A DNA stretch of 64,000 bases from a virus. The stretch lies in IMG/VR virus record IMGVR_UViG_3300034418_008158, positions 1 through 64,000 of that record; one strand, 5' to 3'. Below the pieces are notes generated by a model, which saw only the letters and a list, made by a program, of their open reading frames with translations, had not been told where the DNA came from and made no database searches. Below are positions 32,041 through 40,428 of this stretch, piece after piece (position 1 is the first letter of the stretch; the number at the start of each line of letters is the position of its first letter). A program made the position numbers and the translations under genes.

Positions 32041-32220
32041 TTAATCAACTATTTCGGATTCTATATTAACAAGAAGACCTTTGCCAACAAGGATGTTAGC
32101 AACTTCTCTAGCTGCTCTATCATTTGCATGAGTTCCTATGTTTCTCCATTCTTTAAAGTCTGAAGGGTCTTCTTCGTTTAGCCTATTGGCTGGAATAAAA
32201 ATAACGATATAACTTTTCAT
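32041..32220 (-). CDS. Small hypothetical protein (59 aa, not in ORF track)
   Basis: MKSYIVIFIPANR...; fills the gap between polA and the next ORF. Confidence 0.5.
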   Translation of the reverse strand: MKSYIVIFIPANRLNEEDPSDFKEWRNIGTHANDRAAREVANILVGKGLLVNIESEIVD

Positions 32221-32230
32221 AATTTAATTT

Positions 32231-34126
32231 TTAGTGGCATTCTGCATAGTTGGTTCCCCAATCTACAGAGATGCCGATTTCAACATTAAGATTTAAATCA
32301 ACATTAGTTTCTCCCATTGCTTGTTTTAACAATGGCTCTACAATAGTTTTTTGTTCTGCTTTACAGTATAAAAGTATTTCATCATGATATTGCATACATA
32401 TCTTAATGTTATACTCTTTCAAGAATTCTCTACATTTACGTACCCAAGTATCAAAGACATATACACCAGTAGATTGATTAAGAGTTGAGAACTTATCTTT
32501 ATCCTCTTTTAAAAACATCCAAAAACCAGATACAGGATTGTATAACCATTTCTGCTTGTAAAAAGTCTTAACTACACAAGCATCAGCAGTTTTCTTAATT
32601 GCTGCATTACGTTTCCAATAAGTTTCATGTAACAATTTACCAGCCTCTAAAGGTTTCTTTAAAGTCTCAGCAATCTTTGCAGGCCCAGCACCATAAGTAG
32701 CACTAAAGTTAACTGTTTTTGCATCTGTTCTGATGTTCTTGATCTCCTTATACCTTACTTTATCTGCATGAGAAGCTGTGCTTTCATCATAAGCTTTAAA
32801 AAATTCTGCATCTTCTTCAGTAATCATTTCTCCAACTAAAGCAATATCAATATGAGGATCAAAGTTTGGAACTCTCATTTCTGTCACATACTGTGGATCA
32901 AAGAAATAGATGTAATGCTGCTTAGTATTATCTTCAAGACCAGATATATCAGAACCACACATTAAATACTCTTCACTAGGCACTTTTAAACACCCCCTTA
33001 CTTCCTTACCATAAGGTTTATAAACACCTGGCAAATTAGCAATAGGTTTCATGTGTTGTAACCTAAGAGTATTTGTAAAACCATGTGCAGTACTATATAC
33101 ATATCCATTCTTATCCACTACCTTTAAGAAAGATTTCATGAGTCCAAGTCTATGCCTTGCCATATAAAGATTCTCTAACTCTTCGAGCCCAGGATTATCT
33201 TCATATAAGGCTTGTACACTAGGACAAATACCTTGACCAAAAGGTAAAGATACTTGTGGTACTTCTTTCTTAGTTGCTTTAGAAATCTTAAAAGTCTGAG
33301 GTTCCCAATTTAAAGTCTTTAACCACTCTTTTAATTGAGTAGGTGATGCAGGATTAGGTAATTCTCTGATAACTTCTGTCTCAAGAGGTAAGCCATATTC
33401 AGTTAAAGCACTATACCACCTAAGAGCCAAAATAGATGGAGTACCATCTTTCTTAGTCATCTTAGCAGGTTTGGTTTTAATAACTTTTCCTAAAGACTCT
33501 GGCATAATGTTGATAAGACTATCCATCTTCTCCTCTAATACCCACTCCAGGTGTAACTTAGTCTCTTCTGCAAGTTGTGTATCAAGTTTAATCTTTACTT
33601 CTTCCTGATCACGTAAACATTCAAGTTTAAAGTTTAGATAACCTATTAGTCTTTGTATTCTATAATCATTCCCTGAATAAATAGCTGATAAGTAGCTATA
33701 CTGCTTATGAAAAAGTGTAGAGTTAATCTTGACATCTTCTTCACACCTATGTATATACTCTTCAATTGATAGATTATTCCAATCTTCAATTTCAGGCTTA
33801 GATATTCCAAAATCTTCTCCCCACCATTCTAGTCCATGCTTTTTTCTATAAGGATATAAATACCAGGATAATCCAAGAGTATCAATGTATTGATTCTTAA
33901 TAGTTATACCTAGTATAGTTTCAATAGCAGGAATATCATACCTTATGATATTGTGACCTATGAAAAATAAATTTTGTTTAAAATAGTCTACTATGTCTTC
34001 ATATTTTGTTAAAGTTCTCTTTTCAGAAAATTCTCCATCAATATAAGTTTCATAACTTAAACAATGTATCTTAGTTATCGTATCAAGAAGTCCATCAGCC
34101 TCAATATCAAATATGCTATATTTCAT
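32231..34126 (-). CDS. polA: Family A DNA polymerase with 3'-5' exonuclease
   Basis: DIEADG and GHNIIRYD exonuclease motifs; DISGLE (A), RTDAKTVNFSATYG (B), YHDE (C). Confidence 0.92.
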   Translation of the reverse strand: MKYSIFDIEADGLLDTITKIHCLSYETYIDGEFSEKRTLTKYEDIVDYFKQNLFFIGHNIIRYDIPAIETILGITIKNQYIDTLGLSWYLYPYRKKHGLEWWGEDFGISKPEIEDWNNLSIEEYIHRCEEDVKINSTLFHKQYSYLSAIYSGNDYRIQRLIGYLNFKLECLRDQEEVKIKLDTQLAEETKLHLEWVLEEKMDSLINIMPESLGKVIKTKPAKMTKKDGTPSILALRWYSALTEYGLPLETEVIRELPNPASPTQLKEWLKTLNWEPQTFKISKATKKEVPQVSLPFGQGICPSVQALYEDNPGLEELENLYMARHRLGLMKSFLKVVDKNGYVYSTAHGFTNTLRLQHMKPIANLPGVYKPYGKEVRGCLKVPSEEYLMCGSDISGLEDNTKQHYIYFFDPQYVTEMRVPNFDPHIDIALVGEMITEEDAEFFKAYDESTASHADKVRYKEIKNIRTDAKTVNFSATYGAGPAKIAETLKKPLEAGKLLHETYWKRNAAIKKTADACVVKTFYKQKWLYNPVSGFWMFLKEDKDKFSTLNQSTGVYVFDTWVRKCREFLKEYNIKICMQYHDEILLYCKAEQKTIVEPLLKQAMGETNVDLNLNVEIGISVDWGTNYAECH

Positions 34127-34132
34127 GGTATT

Positions 34133-34417
34133 TTAGATTGAATTTATAGAATAAATAAAGATATTGTTATACCTCTTACCATTCTTTTCACTCCCTTCAA
34201 AAGAAAATTCAATAGTGATAAAATCACCAATAGCAATATGCTCTAATGCTGCTAAGTTGTGATTCCTAAGTTCAGGAAATAATTTCTGATTGTCTGGTGA
34301 AACAATAGTTAGGACTCTTTTGTACAAATCTTTATTTCTTCTGGGTAATTGAACTAAGTCTCCTATATGTTCTAGTGTTCCACTAATAGTAAAATATTGC
34401 TTTTTCATAAAATTCAT
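34133..34417 (-). CDS. DUF3127-like OB-fold protein
   Basis: ISG.L..IG...KR.L.I...IGD.ITIEF..EG...NGKRYNNI pattern. Confidence 0.65.
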   Translation of the reverse strand: MNFMKKQYFTISGTLEHIGDLVQLPRRNKDLYKRVLTIVSPDNQKLFPELRNHNLAALEHIAIGDFITIEFSFEGSEKNGKRYNNIFIYSINSI

Positions 34418-34418
34418 T

Positions 34419-35711
34419 TTAAGTGTTATAAAGTACTAATACTTCTGCTGCTCTAGTTACTGCTGTATAAAGAAGTCTTTGTTTTTCTTCTTTTGTTCTA
34501 TTTCTACGAATATCTCCTACATTGACAATGGTTTTAGTAAAGGTACTGCCTTGGCTTTTATGAACAGTTAAAGCATGATTATATTTCAAATCCGCAAATT
34601 GTTCAATAAAAGTATAGTATTCAACCCATTCAATTATTCTATCTTTACAAAGTTTTTTCAGTCTGTATTCAAGAGCTTTAATTGTGGTTTCTGAATCTTC
34701 ATGTACAACAAGAATTCCAAAAGGAGCTTTCTCGTTAACTTTAGTCTTTTCAGACACATTTATACAATACAACTTTATGTCAAAGTCTTCATACCCTTTG
34801 TAGCCTGTAAAAACTCTAAATTTATGAGTTAAAATTTCCAGTTCTTTTACTATAATTTCTTCATTAGTAAAAAACTGAGAAGCATAAGGAGTATTGAATA
34901 TTAATGATTCTCCAAGTTCCACTTTTTTAGGATTCTTGTAGATTTCTTTTCTGACAAAGAAATTAATATTATCAACTTCCTTATTAGTCCAAGCTAAATA
35001 CTTTAAAGCATCTGTGCCATTAGCTTCAGCTAAAGCTTTAATGATTCTTTCTCTATCTTGTGTATGAGAATACCCTATATATTTATCATCTTCCCCCTCT
35101 ACTAAATTACTAGACTTTCTGGAAATCCAATTAAGGTTTCTACTAAGATCAATTATTGGGTTTCCAAGACCTTGACGAATAATTTCAGTCAATTCTACTT
35201 CAGGATAGTTTCGTTTAAATACTGGTGAATCTAGTTCTCCTACAGGATTGATTTGTTTATCATCCCCTAAGAAAACAATGAGACAATCCTTTTCAGCATA
35301 TCTTTCAATGTAGTTGATGAGTTCAGTATTAAGCATAGAACTTTCATCAATAAAAAATCTTTTCACACCTTTTAAAGGTGGGTAATTAGGACTGAAATTA
35401 GGCTTAAAACTAATCTTTCCTGTCCTTCTATGAATACTTCTTTTCAGCTTTAAAGCTGAATGTGCAGTAATAAAAGTAATGTGTTTTCTTCCTTCTATGT
35501 CTATTTTCCTTCTAAGGATAGACAAAGCCTTATGTGTTGGAGCTGAAATATAAGTAGGTTGTGGCCCAAATCTTTCAGTCAACATCATTTCTAAATAGTC
35601 TGCACCAAAAGTTTTACCCACACCAGCACTACCTTTTAGTACTAGTTTATTAAAACGAAGCAATAAATTCAGACCATCAGTAAGGACTTCCCTTTGATGC
35701 AATGTTAACAT
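34419..35711 (-). CDS. Dda/RecD-like SF1B helicase
   Basis: GSAGVGKT, APTHKA, IDESSM, GDDKQINPV, HKSQGST, YTAVTRA motifs. Confidence 0.9.
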   Translation of the reverse strand: MLTLHQREVLTDGLNLLLRFNKLVLKGSAGVGKTFGADYLEMMLTERFGPQPTYISAPTHKALSILRRKIDIEGRKHITFITAHSALKLKRSIHRRTGKISFKPNFSPNYPPLKGVKRFFIDESSMLNTELINYIERYAEKDCLIVFLGDDKQINPVGELDSPVFKRNYPEVELTEIIRQGLGNPIIDLSRNLNWISRKSSNLVEGEDDKYIGYSHTQDRERIIKALAEANGTDALKYLAWTNKEVDNINFFVRKEIYKNPKKVELGESLIFNTPYASQFFTNEEIIVKELEILTHKFRVFTGYKGYEDFDIKLYCINVSEKTKVNEKAPFGILVVHEDSETTIKALEYRLKKLCKDRIIEWVEYYTFIEQFADLKYNHALTVHKSQGSTFTKTIVNVGDIRRNRTKEEKQRLLYTAVTRAAEVLVLYNT

Positions 35712-35778
35712 TTTGTTATAATTTAGATAATAAAAAAAGAAAAGAAAGTCAACCTATTATAGGCTAACTTTCTTTTTG

Positions 35779-36270
35779 TTAAAGAGTTTTAAGTGCTTGA
35801 TCAATTATGACTAACACTTTTCCATTGACTTCTGCTTCTATTTCAGGAGACATATAAGTATGCTCCTTACTTGCCTGTCTTAAATCCTCATCTTGACTTT
35901 CTCCATAATGGACAGAGTTTCGATAGTATTGGACTTTGCCATTTATATCTAGGACTAATTGTCCATGTAAGGGATGATCTTTAGGAAAGCGTATAGCTTG
36001 ATTATTAGCTATGAAGTCAAGAGTTACAGGGCAATCTGGGTTTTCTATTGCTTTGACATCAGTTACATTTAATAATGGCTGATTATCAATTGTCATAGAA
36101 ATCTCTGAATCAAGACTGTTTAATTCATCTTCAAATTCCTGCATATCTGGAAAAGGCTCCTGTAGAACCATAGTGGCTTTTCTTTTTTCATTAGATACTT
36201 CAACTGAAATAGTGTTTTCAGGTTGATACACATCTATGAAATATTTAACCACTTTCAATTTTTTATTCAT
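35779..36270 (-). CDS. Hypothetical protein
   Basis: 163 aa; followed by a terminator-like hairpin at about 35735-35778. Confidence 0.6.
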   Translation of the reverse strand: MNKKLKVVKYFIDVYQPENTISVEVSNEKRKATMVLQEPFPDMQEFEDELNSLDSEISMTIDNQPLLNVTDVKAIENPDCPVTLDFIANNQAIRFPKDHPLHGQLVLDINGKVQYYRNSVHYGESQDEDLRQASKEHTYMSPEIEAEVNGKVLVIIDQALKTL

Positions 36271-36279
36271 AATTTAAAT

Positions 36280-36843
36280 TTATGAATTATTTACTAGTAA
36301 TAAAAGTTTTAAAGATGAATTTTTTACACAAAAATCATGTAAAATTTTTCTCTCCGTACTCATATTACCACTCACAAAATCCGAAAACTCTGCTCCCCAA
36401 CTTCCATAGTATTTAGAAGTTAGATAAGCATACCCTTGCCCCCAATAAGCTTCGCCTTTATTACTTACTTTTGAATTTTTAGTTTCATAGATGTATAATA
36501 CTTCATCTTTAAAACAACCAAAAGTAATGCAAAGTTTATTAGCTTTACTAGCAACTCCAAACTCTGTATGCTGGCCTCTACCTATTTCTTCAATAACCCT
36601 TTTAAATCCAAAAGAGTTGTCCTCTTCAAGAATAGGAGTCATATCATTGGATAGAAATAGTACCACATCTGCTTTTAATAAGTCATTCACAGTATATGGT
36701 GTTGTTTTATCCCAAGTATCAACTATATAGTTTTTATATTCTATATAGTTCTTAATCTCTTGATATAACACCTCTGGGTAATCCAGAGGTTTACTGATAT
36801 AGATTTTTACCCTACGCCTCTTCTTCTGAGAACAGCTCATCAT
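36280..36843 (-). CDS. Nucleoside 2-deoxyribosyltransferase/TIR-like fold protein
   Basis: KIYIS.P...LLKADVVLF...GRGQHTEFGVA..ANK pattern; start uncertain. Confidence 0.5.
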   Translation of the reverse strand: MMSCSQKKRRRVKIYISKPLDYPEVLYQEIKNYIEYKNYIVDTWDKTTPYTVNDLLKADVVLFLSNDMTPILEEDNSFGFKRVIEEIGRGQHTEFGVASKANKLCITFGCFKDEVLYIYETKNSKVSNKGEAYWGQGYAYLTSKYYGSWGAEFSDFVSGNMSTERKILHDFCVKNSSLKLLLLVNNS

Positions 36844-37108
36844 AAGTTTCTTTAGCTATTTGGATTTGTGCATCCAGCATTTTCATTTCCACTTGACAAG
36901 CTTGGTATTCTTCATTCCAAGTGTCTTCATTAACATTTTCTAATGTTATTGAAAGTAGTTGTTCTTTTTTTGAGATTTGTTCATCTCTTTTTTCCTCTAA
37001 TTTGTCCATTAGAGTTCCTTGCTTACGATATAATGCTTTTGCTTTACGTAATGCTTTGTTTTTTTCTACACTCTTTTTTGACTGTGTTAAGATTGCTAAA
37101 ATTTTCAT
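36812..37108 (-). CDS. Coiled-coil hypothetical protein
   Basis: 98 aa, heptad-rich. Confidence 0.6.
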   Translation of the reverse strand: MKILAILTQSKKSVEKNKALRKAKALYRKQGTLMDKLEEKRDEQISKKEQLLSITLENVNEDTWNEEYQACQVEMKMLDAQIQIAKETYDELFSEEEA

Positions 37109-37126
37109 AATTTTAAGATTTAATAG

Positions 37127-37459
37127 TTAAGAAATTAATAATAATAAAGAACAGCGATAATTCTTGGGAGAATTTTGATTCAGCATATAATGTTTATGTC
37201 GATCATGAATCTGCCAAAATACAATTTTACCTTGATAATCGTTAAGCTTATTCATTGGAAACTCACAGAAAAAACGATTAACATCAGTAGGATGATCTCT
37301 TACAAAGTTATATTCCTGTGTTGATTCCTTGCTAAGTCTGTACATTGTACCATTGTAGTTGATTATGTACCAATGAGTACCTCCATCGCTATAAACTAAG
37401 CTAAGATAACCATTGGTATTTTCAAATATATTCCAAAGTTTGAAATCTTTTGGTAACAT
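37127..37459 (-). CDS. Hypothetical protein
   Basis: Likely start MLPKDF at 37459, about 40 nt below promoter motif copy 2. Confidence 0.55.
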   Translation of the reverse strand: MLPKDFKLWNIFENTNGYLSLVYSDGGTHWYIINYNGTMYRLSKESTQEYNFVRDHPTDVNRFFCEFPMNKLNDYQGKIVFWQIHDRHKHYMLNQNSPKNYRCSLLLLIS

Positions 37460-37498
37460 AGAAAACGCATTTATATAAAGTGAGAAAATAGATATAAA

Positions 37499-37518
37499 AA
37501 TTAGTGGGGGTTTTGAAG
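37499..37518 (-). promoter_or_regulatory. Repeated phage promoter-like motif, copy 2
   Basis: Exact AATTAGTGGGGGTTTTGAAG. Confidence 0.75.
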
Positions 37519-37539
37519 AGAAATTCTTCACCTGAAATA

Positions 37540-37870
37540 AAGAAAATAGCATCTAAGTGGCTTGCACATTCTCCAACGCTGCACACCCTAAAGTGCTTGG
37601 CCCTTGATTGCTAAGTTGGACAGCCTACGCCTAACATCTGTCCTGTTATCCTCTTATGATAGTCTTCACGATAGGGAAGTTATATATCACTGAGTCAAAA
37701 TATTCCTAGAAGCTGACGCTGGTTATCTACCCTCCTCACACCATGTAATCATGGATAACGTCCTTCAGAGTGGGTCAATGAAACCTTTTACGCATAGGAA
37801 TAATTCTTTTCCATCACCACCTCTCCCCAAACACTAGTTCATTTGGATCATAAAGGTGGGTCAAGACTTC
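37540..37870 (-). ncRNA. Putative structured ncRNA downstream of tmRNA
   Basis: ORF-free. Minus-strand helices CCACCT/AGGTGG, TATTCCTA/TAGGAATA, GACG..GTTATC/GATAAC..CGTC, GGACAG/CTGTCC, CCAAC/GTTGG. U-rich 3' end. Confidence 0.45.
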
Positions 37871-37877
37871 TTAATTG

Positions 37878-38381
37878 TGGAGGTGAAGGGATTTGAACCC
37901 TTGTCCAGACATAGCTGCAAAATACAGATTATACAAGCTTTTGTAGCTGTTCATGTACATTTAACTGGTAGCAATTACAATCTCAAAGAGATAGTCACTA
38001 GCACTACTGAGTTTCTTCATTATTTGATTCCTTTATAAACTCTAAGATAGGAATAGGACTAACCGAAGTTAATCTCCACCATTTACTTTTGAAAAAAGTA
38101 ACAAAACAAATTAAGAGAGTGTGACACGCCAAACAGTCACATTTATGAGGTTGATTTAGCCTAATCCTCCTCTCTAAAAAACTACGCTGCTACCAAAGAA
38201 TTAACTTTAGGAGAAACATAGATTGCAGTCAGCATATTATGCTCGTAAGCATTCTTCACCTCTGCGGTATTAATTGATTTGCCAATTAACGGTTCAGTGT
38301 ATTTTATATAAGTTAGGATAACACCATCCTTCTGCTTGTCTATAAGTTACACTCTACCCTGTCGATGCCAAGTTCACCCCC
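37878..38381 (-). ncRNA. ssrA: tmRNA
   Basis: 5' GGGGGTGAACTTGGCATCGACAGG; 3' GACAAGGGTTCAAATCCCTTCACCTCCA. Acceptor stem GGGGGTG/CACCTCC has the G3:U alanine determinant. Internal tag frame 38283-38182 ends LVAA*. Confidence 0.9.
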
Positions 38382-38382
38382 T

Positions 38383-38545
38383 TGCAACCTAGTAATCAGT
38401 ACTGATTTGCAGAGCCTAGGCTAAACTTATTTTTGCTTTAAAAATAAGGTCATGTTGTACCTCCCACTTCAACAACACATAAAGCTCCTGGTCTTCTGAA
38501 CTGCCTAATGTTTAATTAGTGTTCAGTCATGGGCCAGGATTGCAC
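38383..38545 (-). ncRNA. Putative structured RNA immediately upstream of tmRNA
   Basis: Possible closing stem TGCAA.CCT/AGGTTGCA; internal helices CCTGG/CCAGG, CTGAAC/GTTCAG, TGTTG/CAACA, CTTATTTTT/AAAAATAAG. Confidence 0.35.
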
Positions 38546-38554
38546 CCTAATTTT

Positions 38555-39097
38555 TTATCTTCTAGCATATCTTAATGCCTTTGCATTTTGATAGCCATTG
38601 TATATTCCACCATTCCACATGGCTTGTACTTCAATCTTTGTGGGAATTCTATTGTACTTCTTTAAGTACAGTATTATTCCTTTTTCCAGGTATAGGTGAT
38701 AGATTTCAATACTCTTTTGAACATTTAATCTATCTTCAGAAGTATAGTTAGTACCGTATGTTTTATTAACATCACGAACACAACACATTCTTATCTGAAT
38801 AATACCTAGAGCAAAATCAACTAGATGAGTATCTCCTTTAGCAGAAGGATTACGATTAGGAGTCTCCTTATCCATAATCTTCTCTAAGACACTCTTAGTT
38901 AATTTAATAAAAGGTTGATGTCTTGCTGTAACTACCACTTCTGGTAGTGCAGCAATGTAAATAATTTTTTGTGTCTTCTCAAGTGCAGTAATTGAAGGGA
39001 ATAAAACTACTGAGAATAATAGGAAAAATATACTACCTATGATTCTTTTTATCATAATATCTATTTTGTTTATCTTCAAACAAATACCTAAAGACAT
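38555..39097 (-). CDS. Lysozyme/lytic transglycosylase-like protein with N-terminal signal
   Basis: Hydrophobic N-terminus; KET....SAKGD...ALGIIQI, DRLN..KS, WNGG motifs. Confidence 0.7.
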   Translation of the reverse strand: MSLGICLKINKIDIMIKRIIGSIFFLLFSVVLFPSITALEKTQKIIYIAALPEVVVTARHQPFIKLTKSVLEKIMDKETPNRNPSAKGDTHLVDFALGIIQIRMCCVRDVNKTYGTNYTSEDRLNVQKSIEIYHLYLEKGIILYLKKYNRIPTKIEVQAMWNGGIYNGYQNAKALRYARR

Positions 39098-39154
39098 GCT
39101 TTTTGCATTGTCTAGCTACTTGTCTGGCAATTTTTAAAAACGTAGTTTTCTTCT

Positions 39155-39385
39155 TCATTCTTTTCTCAAGTGTTTATTGTTGTCTAACAATTGTATATGA
39201 AATGGTACTCCACAATTATTGCTGGAGTAACTATTCATAAGCCTGTACACTTTAAGTTCTGTCCTTTGAAAAGGGCTCAAACTTCTATACGTATTGTCAC
39301 TTATTTTTAAGACTTTTCTACATTCTTTGACTGTTAGCCCTTCTTTGACTAACTTAGCTATTTTATTATACAAATCCTTTTTCAT
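39155..39385 (-). CDS. Small HTH protein
   Basis: GLTVKECRKVLKISDNTY helix-turn-helix-like pattern. Confidence 0.55.
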   Translation of the reverse strand: MKKDLYNKIAKLVKEGLTVKECRKVLKISDNTYRSLSPFQRTELKVYRLMNSYSSNNCGVPFHIQLLDNNKHLRKE

Positions 39386-39405
39386 AAGTTTATGAATTTA
39401 GTTAG

Positions 39406-39479
39406 TGACCCTGCCAGGACTCGAACCTGGAACCTGCTCATCAGAAGTGAGCTGCTCTATCCAGTTGAGCTACAAAGCC
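39406..39479 (-). tRNA. tRNA-Arg (anticodon UCU)
   Basis: GGCTTTG-TA-GCTC AACTGGATA GAGC-A-GCTCA CTTCTGA TGAGC-AGGTT-CCAGG TTCGAGT CCTGG-CAGGGTC-A cloverleaf; CCA not encoded. Confidence 0.9.
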
Positions 39480-39578
39480 ATAAAAAAGAAGAAAGAAGTG
39501 TAACCATAACCAGGACTATTTACAGGAATCGAACCCTATTGGTCTACCAAATCATAGGTTACACCCCTCTTCTTATTA

Positions 39579-40412
39579 TTAATTAACTAACACCTTAAAA
39601 GACTTTACTTCATCCTCATTTAATAAGGATACAATATAGAGACCAGAAGTGTTAAACAATATATCTAGCTCATCCTGCCCCTCTCCTATCCAGTTTCTAA
39701 TAAATATTAGTTTCCCCTCCAGGGTAAAGACATAGACAATATAGTTGAATTGTCCACCCTTGGCTTTAAAGGTGTGAGTACTATTACCTTGTGCAGTAGC
39801 ATGTGTTACCTCATTAAAAGCTGTAAATTCTACAGCAATTAAACTTGAGTACATTTTGCTGTTATCGTAGTCTACAAACTCTAAGTCGTAATAGTTTACC
39901 CCTTTTTCAGGAGTTGTATCAGTAAAAGACCAAGACATTTGATTCTTATCAGTATTCTGAATAGACCCAATAACTTCTTCACCTCTCCTTACTATGATTT
40001 TTGCTAAGTTTTCTTGGCTGGCTAAGACCCAACTTAGTGTAATATCTGTATCTGCTTTACCTCTAAAAGAGATTAATTCTACTGGCAATGCAGCACAATC
40101 AATACTCCAAGTCCAGTTAAGATTTGGGCCTGTTATGTCAACTGTTTGAAGTAACTCATCATTGACAGAAAATATATTGAAGTATGTATTTTCTGTACAA
40201 CTCCCTGTCTCAAATGTTAATATAACATTTTCTGGCAAGTCAATATAAGTATCTTCAGTTACAATAATACATGTTTCACCACCATCATTAAAGCATATTG
40301 TTAAATCCTCACTACATGACCATGTAGGAGAAAATTCAACATAGATTTCACAAGCCCATACTTGGGCTGTAAATGTTAATATCATTATTAACGTGTTCAA
40401 TAAATTTTTCAT
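39579..40412 (-). CDS. Secreted protein with T9SS-substrate-like C-terminal region
   Basis: Signal peptide MKNLLNTLIMILTFTAQVWA; ALPVELISF..LSW..NYY.L..VDYD...YS; tail GLYIVSL...VKSFKVLVN. Confidence 0.7.
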   Translation of the reverse strand: MKNLLNTLIMILTFTAQVWACEIYVEFSPTWSCSEDLTICFNDGGETCIIVTEDTYIDLPENVILTFETGSCTENTYFNIFSVNDELLQTVDITGPNLNWTWSIDCAALPVELISFRGKADTDITLSWVLASQENLAKIIVRRGEEVIGSIQNTDKNQMSWSFTDTTPEKGVNYYDLEFVDYDNSKMYSSLIAVEFTAFNEVTHATAQGNSTHTFKAKGGQFNYIVYVFTLEGKLIFIRNWIGEGQDELDILFNTSGLYIVSLLNEDEVKSFKVLVN

Positions 40413-40428
40413 TTTTATTTTTATTTTT

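Noticed and set aside
37540-37870. RNase P RNA
   Set aside because: The conserved GAGGAAAGUCC and 3' P4 motifs are absent.
37856-38038. 60-aa plus-strand ORF (likewise 39392-39586)
   Set aside because: Antisense shadows of the tmRNA and tRNA genes.
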